Shown here piece after piece: positions 62,289 through 64,000 of a DNA stretch of 64,000 nucleotides; the stretch's first letter is position 1, and each line of letters begins with the position of its first letter. A program made the translations under genes and the position numbers. Origin of the DNA: an uncultured delta proteobacterium (lineage in GTDB: Bacteria; Desulfobacterota; Desulfomonilia; UBA1062); contig CAVVYZ010000009.1 of the NCBI GenBank assembly GCA_963752595.1, positions 160,001 through 224,000 on the forward strand, given 5' to 3'. The notes under the pieces were generated by a model. That model had not been told where the DNA came from, ran no database searches, and worked only from the letters and a program-made list of their open reading frames with translations.

Positions 62289-63918
62289 AGATCACCATCG
62301 CGCGCTACGCAGGCTTCTGCTTCGGTGTCCGCAGGGCCATCGACATCACCTTCAAGGTGAGGCAGAAAAACCCTGATAAACGGATCTATACCCTGGGCCA
62401 GATCATCCACAACCCCCAGGTCATCGATGCCCTCAAGCACCGGGGGATCGGGATCGTCCACGACATCGACGACAACCGCGCTGAACGCCGGCGATATCGC
62501 CATCGTCCGGGCCCACGGCATCTCACCGGAAAAGAAAAGACCCTCAAGGACAGGGGCGTGGAGGTGATCGATGCCGCCTGCCCCATGGTGCTCAAGGTGC
62601 AGTCCATCATCAAAAAGGCCACCAAGAACGCCGACCTCGTCGCCATCGTCGGCGATAAGGACCATCCGGAGATGGACGCCCATCTCGGGCTGGCAGGGGA
62701 AAAGGGGGTCATCATCGAAAACGTGGCGGATGCGAAAAAGCTATCCCATGTGAGACAGGCTGGCCGTGGTGGCGCAGACCACCTTCGATGTCGCCATCTA
62801 CAAGGACATCATCGACGTCCTGAGAGAAAAAGCCGACATCCTGGACGTCTCGGACACCATCTGCCGCTCCACCGTGGACCGGCAGAGCGAGGTGCGGGAC
62901 CTGGCAAAGGACCACGACACCTTCATCATCATCGGCGGCAAAGACTCTGCAAATACCAAACGCCTTGCCGAGATCGCGGCCAAGGAGAAACGGAAGGTCA
63001 TCCAGGATGGAAACCCCCGATCAGCTCAAAGACGTCAACCTGCCCCAGGAACAAGGTGGCGGTCATTGCCGGGGCATCCACGCCTCACTGGGTGATCGAG
63101 GAATGCATCGACGCCCTGAAATCCGCCCACACCCATCCGGGCGTCGAGAATACGATACTCGACACTCCTGGCCAGAACACCGCTGCTCTGCCGTCGCTGG
63201 GCAGCATGGGGGTCGCCATGGCCGCGCTGGTATTCTGCGGGCAACCCTATTCCTGGGAAGTGCTGCTGTCGGTTTTCTTCCTGTGCACTTCGCATCCACC
63301 GGCCCGCACCGCAAAGCCAGACAGTGGCCGCTGTGGGCCGTTTCCACCGGCATCGCCGTCTCGCTGGCGCTTGTCTCCACCGGACTGATCGGCGGGCTCC
63401 TCATCATCGGCATCTCCCTGCTGCGGCCCATGATCGACGTGGGCGGCGTGAAGGACTACCTCAGGAGCATCTATGGCCTCGTCATCTTCATCCTCATATC
63501 CATCATAGCTCCCTTGAGCCTTACCGCGTCCGCATTGAAGCCGAGCATCCTCCTGCTCACGGCCTACGTAGCCGTCCACTATCTCGGGGTTGAGATCCTG
63601 CTGGGCCTCAAGAACATGGAGAGGGACGCCATCATCGGCCGCATGAGCCTTGCCAGATACATCCACGAGGAGAATTCCATCCTGATCCTGGAATACGCTA
63701 TCATGGGGCTTGCGCTCGTACTCTTCCTGAGCTTTCCGCTCAAGATAGCCCCTGCCCTCGCCTACGGGCTCCTGCCCCCACTCTTCTTCCTGGCAAAGGG
63801 CATCGACTTCTACAGCGAGCAGGTGATCTTCGACAACCGCATGTACACTATCTATGTCCAGGGCCTCTGGGCGATCCTGCCTGCCATGGGCTTGCTATGG
63901 AAGTACACCATGATGTGA
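62285..63918 (+). CDS. ispH: 4-hydroxy-3-methylbut-2-enyl diphosphate reductase fused to a UbiA-like membrane domain; frameshifted
   Basis: AGFCFGV.RA, IIHNPQV, DAACP.V, VAQTT, TIC.ST..RQ, SANT.RL, AGASTP, then multiple TM helices with a D...G..SL motif. Confidence 0.88.
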
Positions 63919-64000
63919 CGGCTTCACAGCCCTGCAGTTCTCTGCACGCGATTTGACTTAGAAGGCTTCAGCGCTATCTTGTATTTATGAACGCATACAG

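Overview
Chromosomal segment of an anaerobic deltaproteobacterial-type (Desulfobacterota-like) organism. The taxon is inferred from gene content: alternative haem pathway ahbC, IspH-UbiA fusion and a Pro-Arg-His-Arg-Lys tRNA cluster. Layout: (1) hemA-hemC-cobA/hemD-ahbC; (2) mixed housekeeping and accessory genes at 4.8-24.6 kb (queG, MarR, stand-alone diadenylate cyclase, rnz, arfB, HDOD plus degenerate CheD, TetR, an acidic tandem-repeat protein); (3) a partly decayed envelope-stress block at 24.7-41.9 kb (IS3 relic, mprF pseudogene, mgtA, degP, virJ relic, htpX, RND pump); (4) a ~9.3 kb defence island between tRNA-Lys(CTT) and a decayed near-full-length copy of that tRNA, carrying co-oriented hsdR-hsdS-hsdM, a NucS-like nuclease with a possible PUA/EVE-like reader domain, and darT-darG; (5) a five-tRNA operon, ybeY, phoH, queD-folE2, a ~180-nt nested palindromic element, accC, mltB-like, ispA-dxs-tlyA-ispH. 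Many genes, including normally essential dxs and ispH, carry single-base frameshifts, so most indels are probably consensus errors. All calls come from motif recognition by eye; no searches were run.
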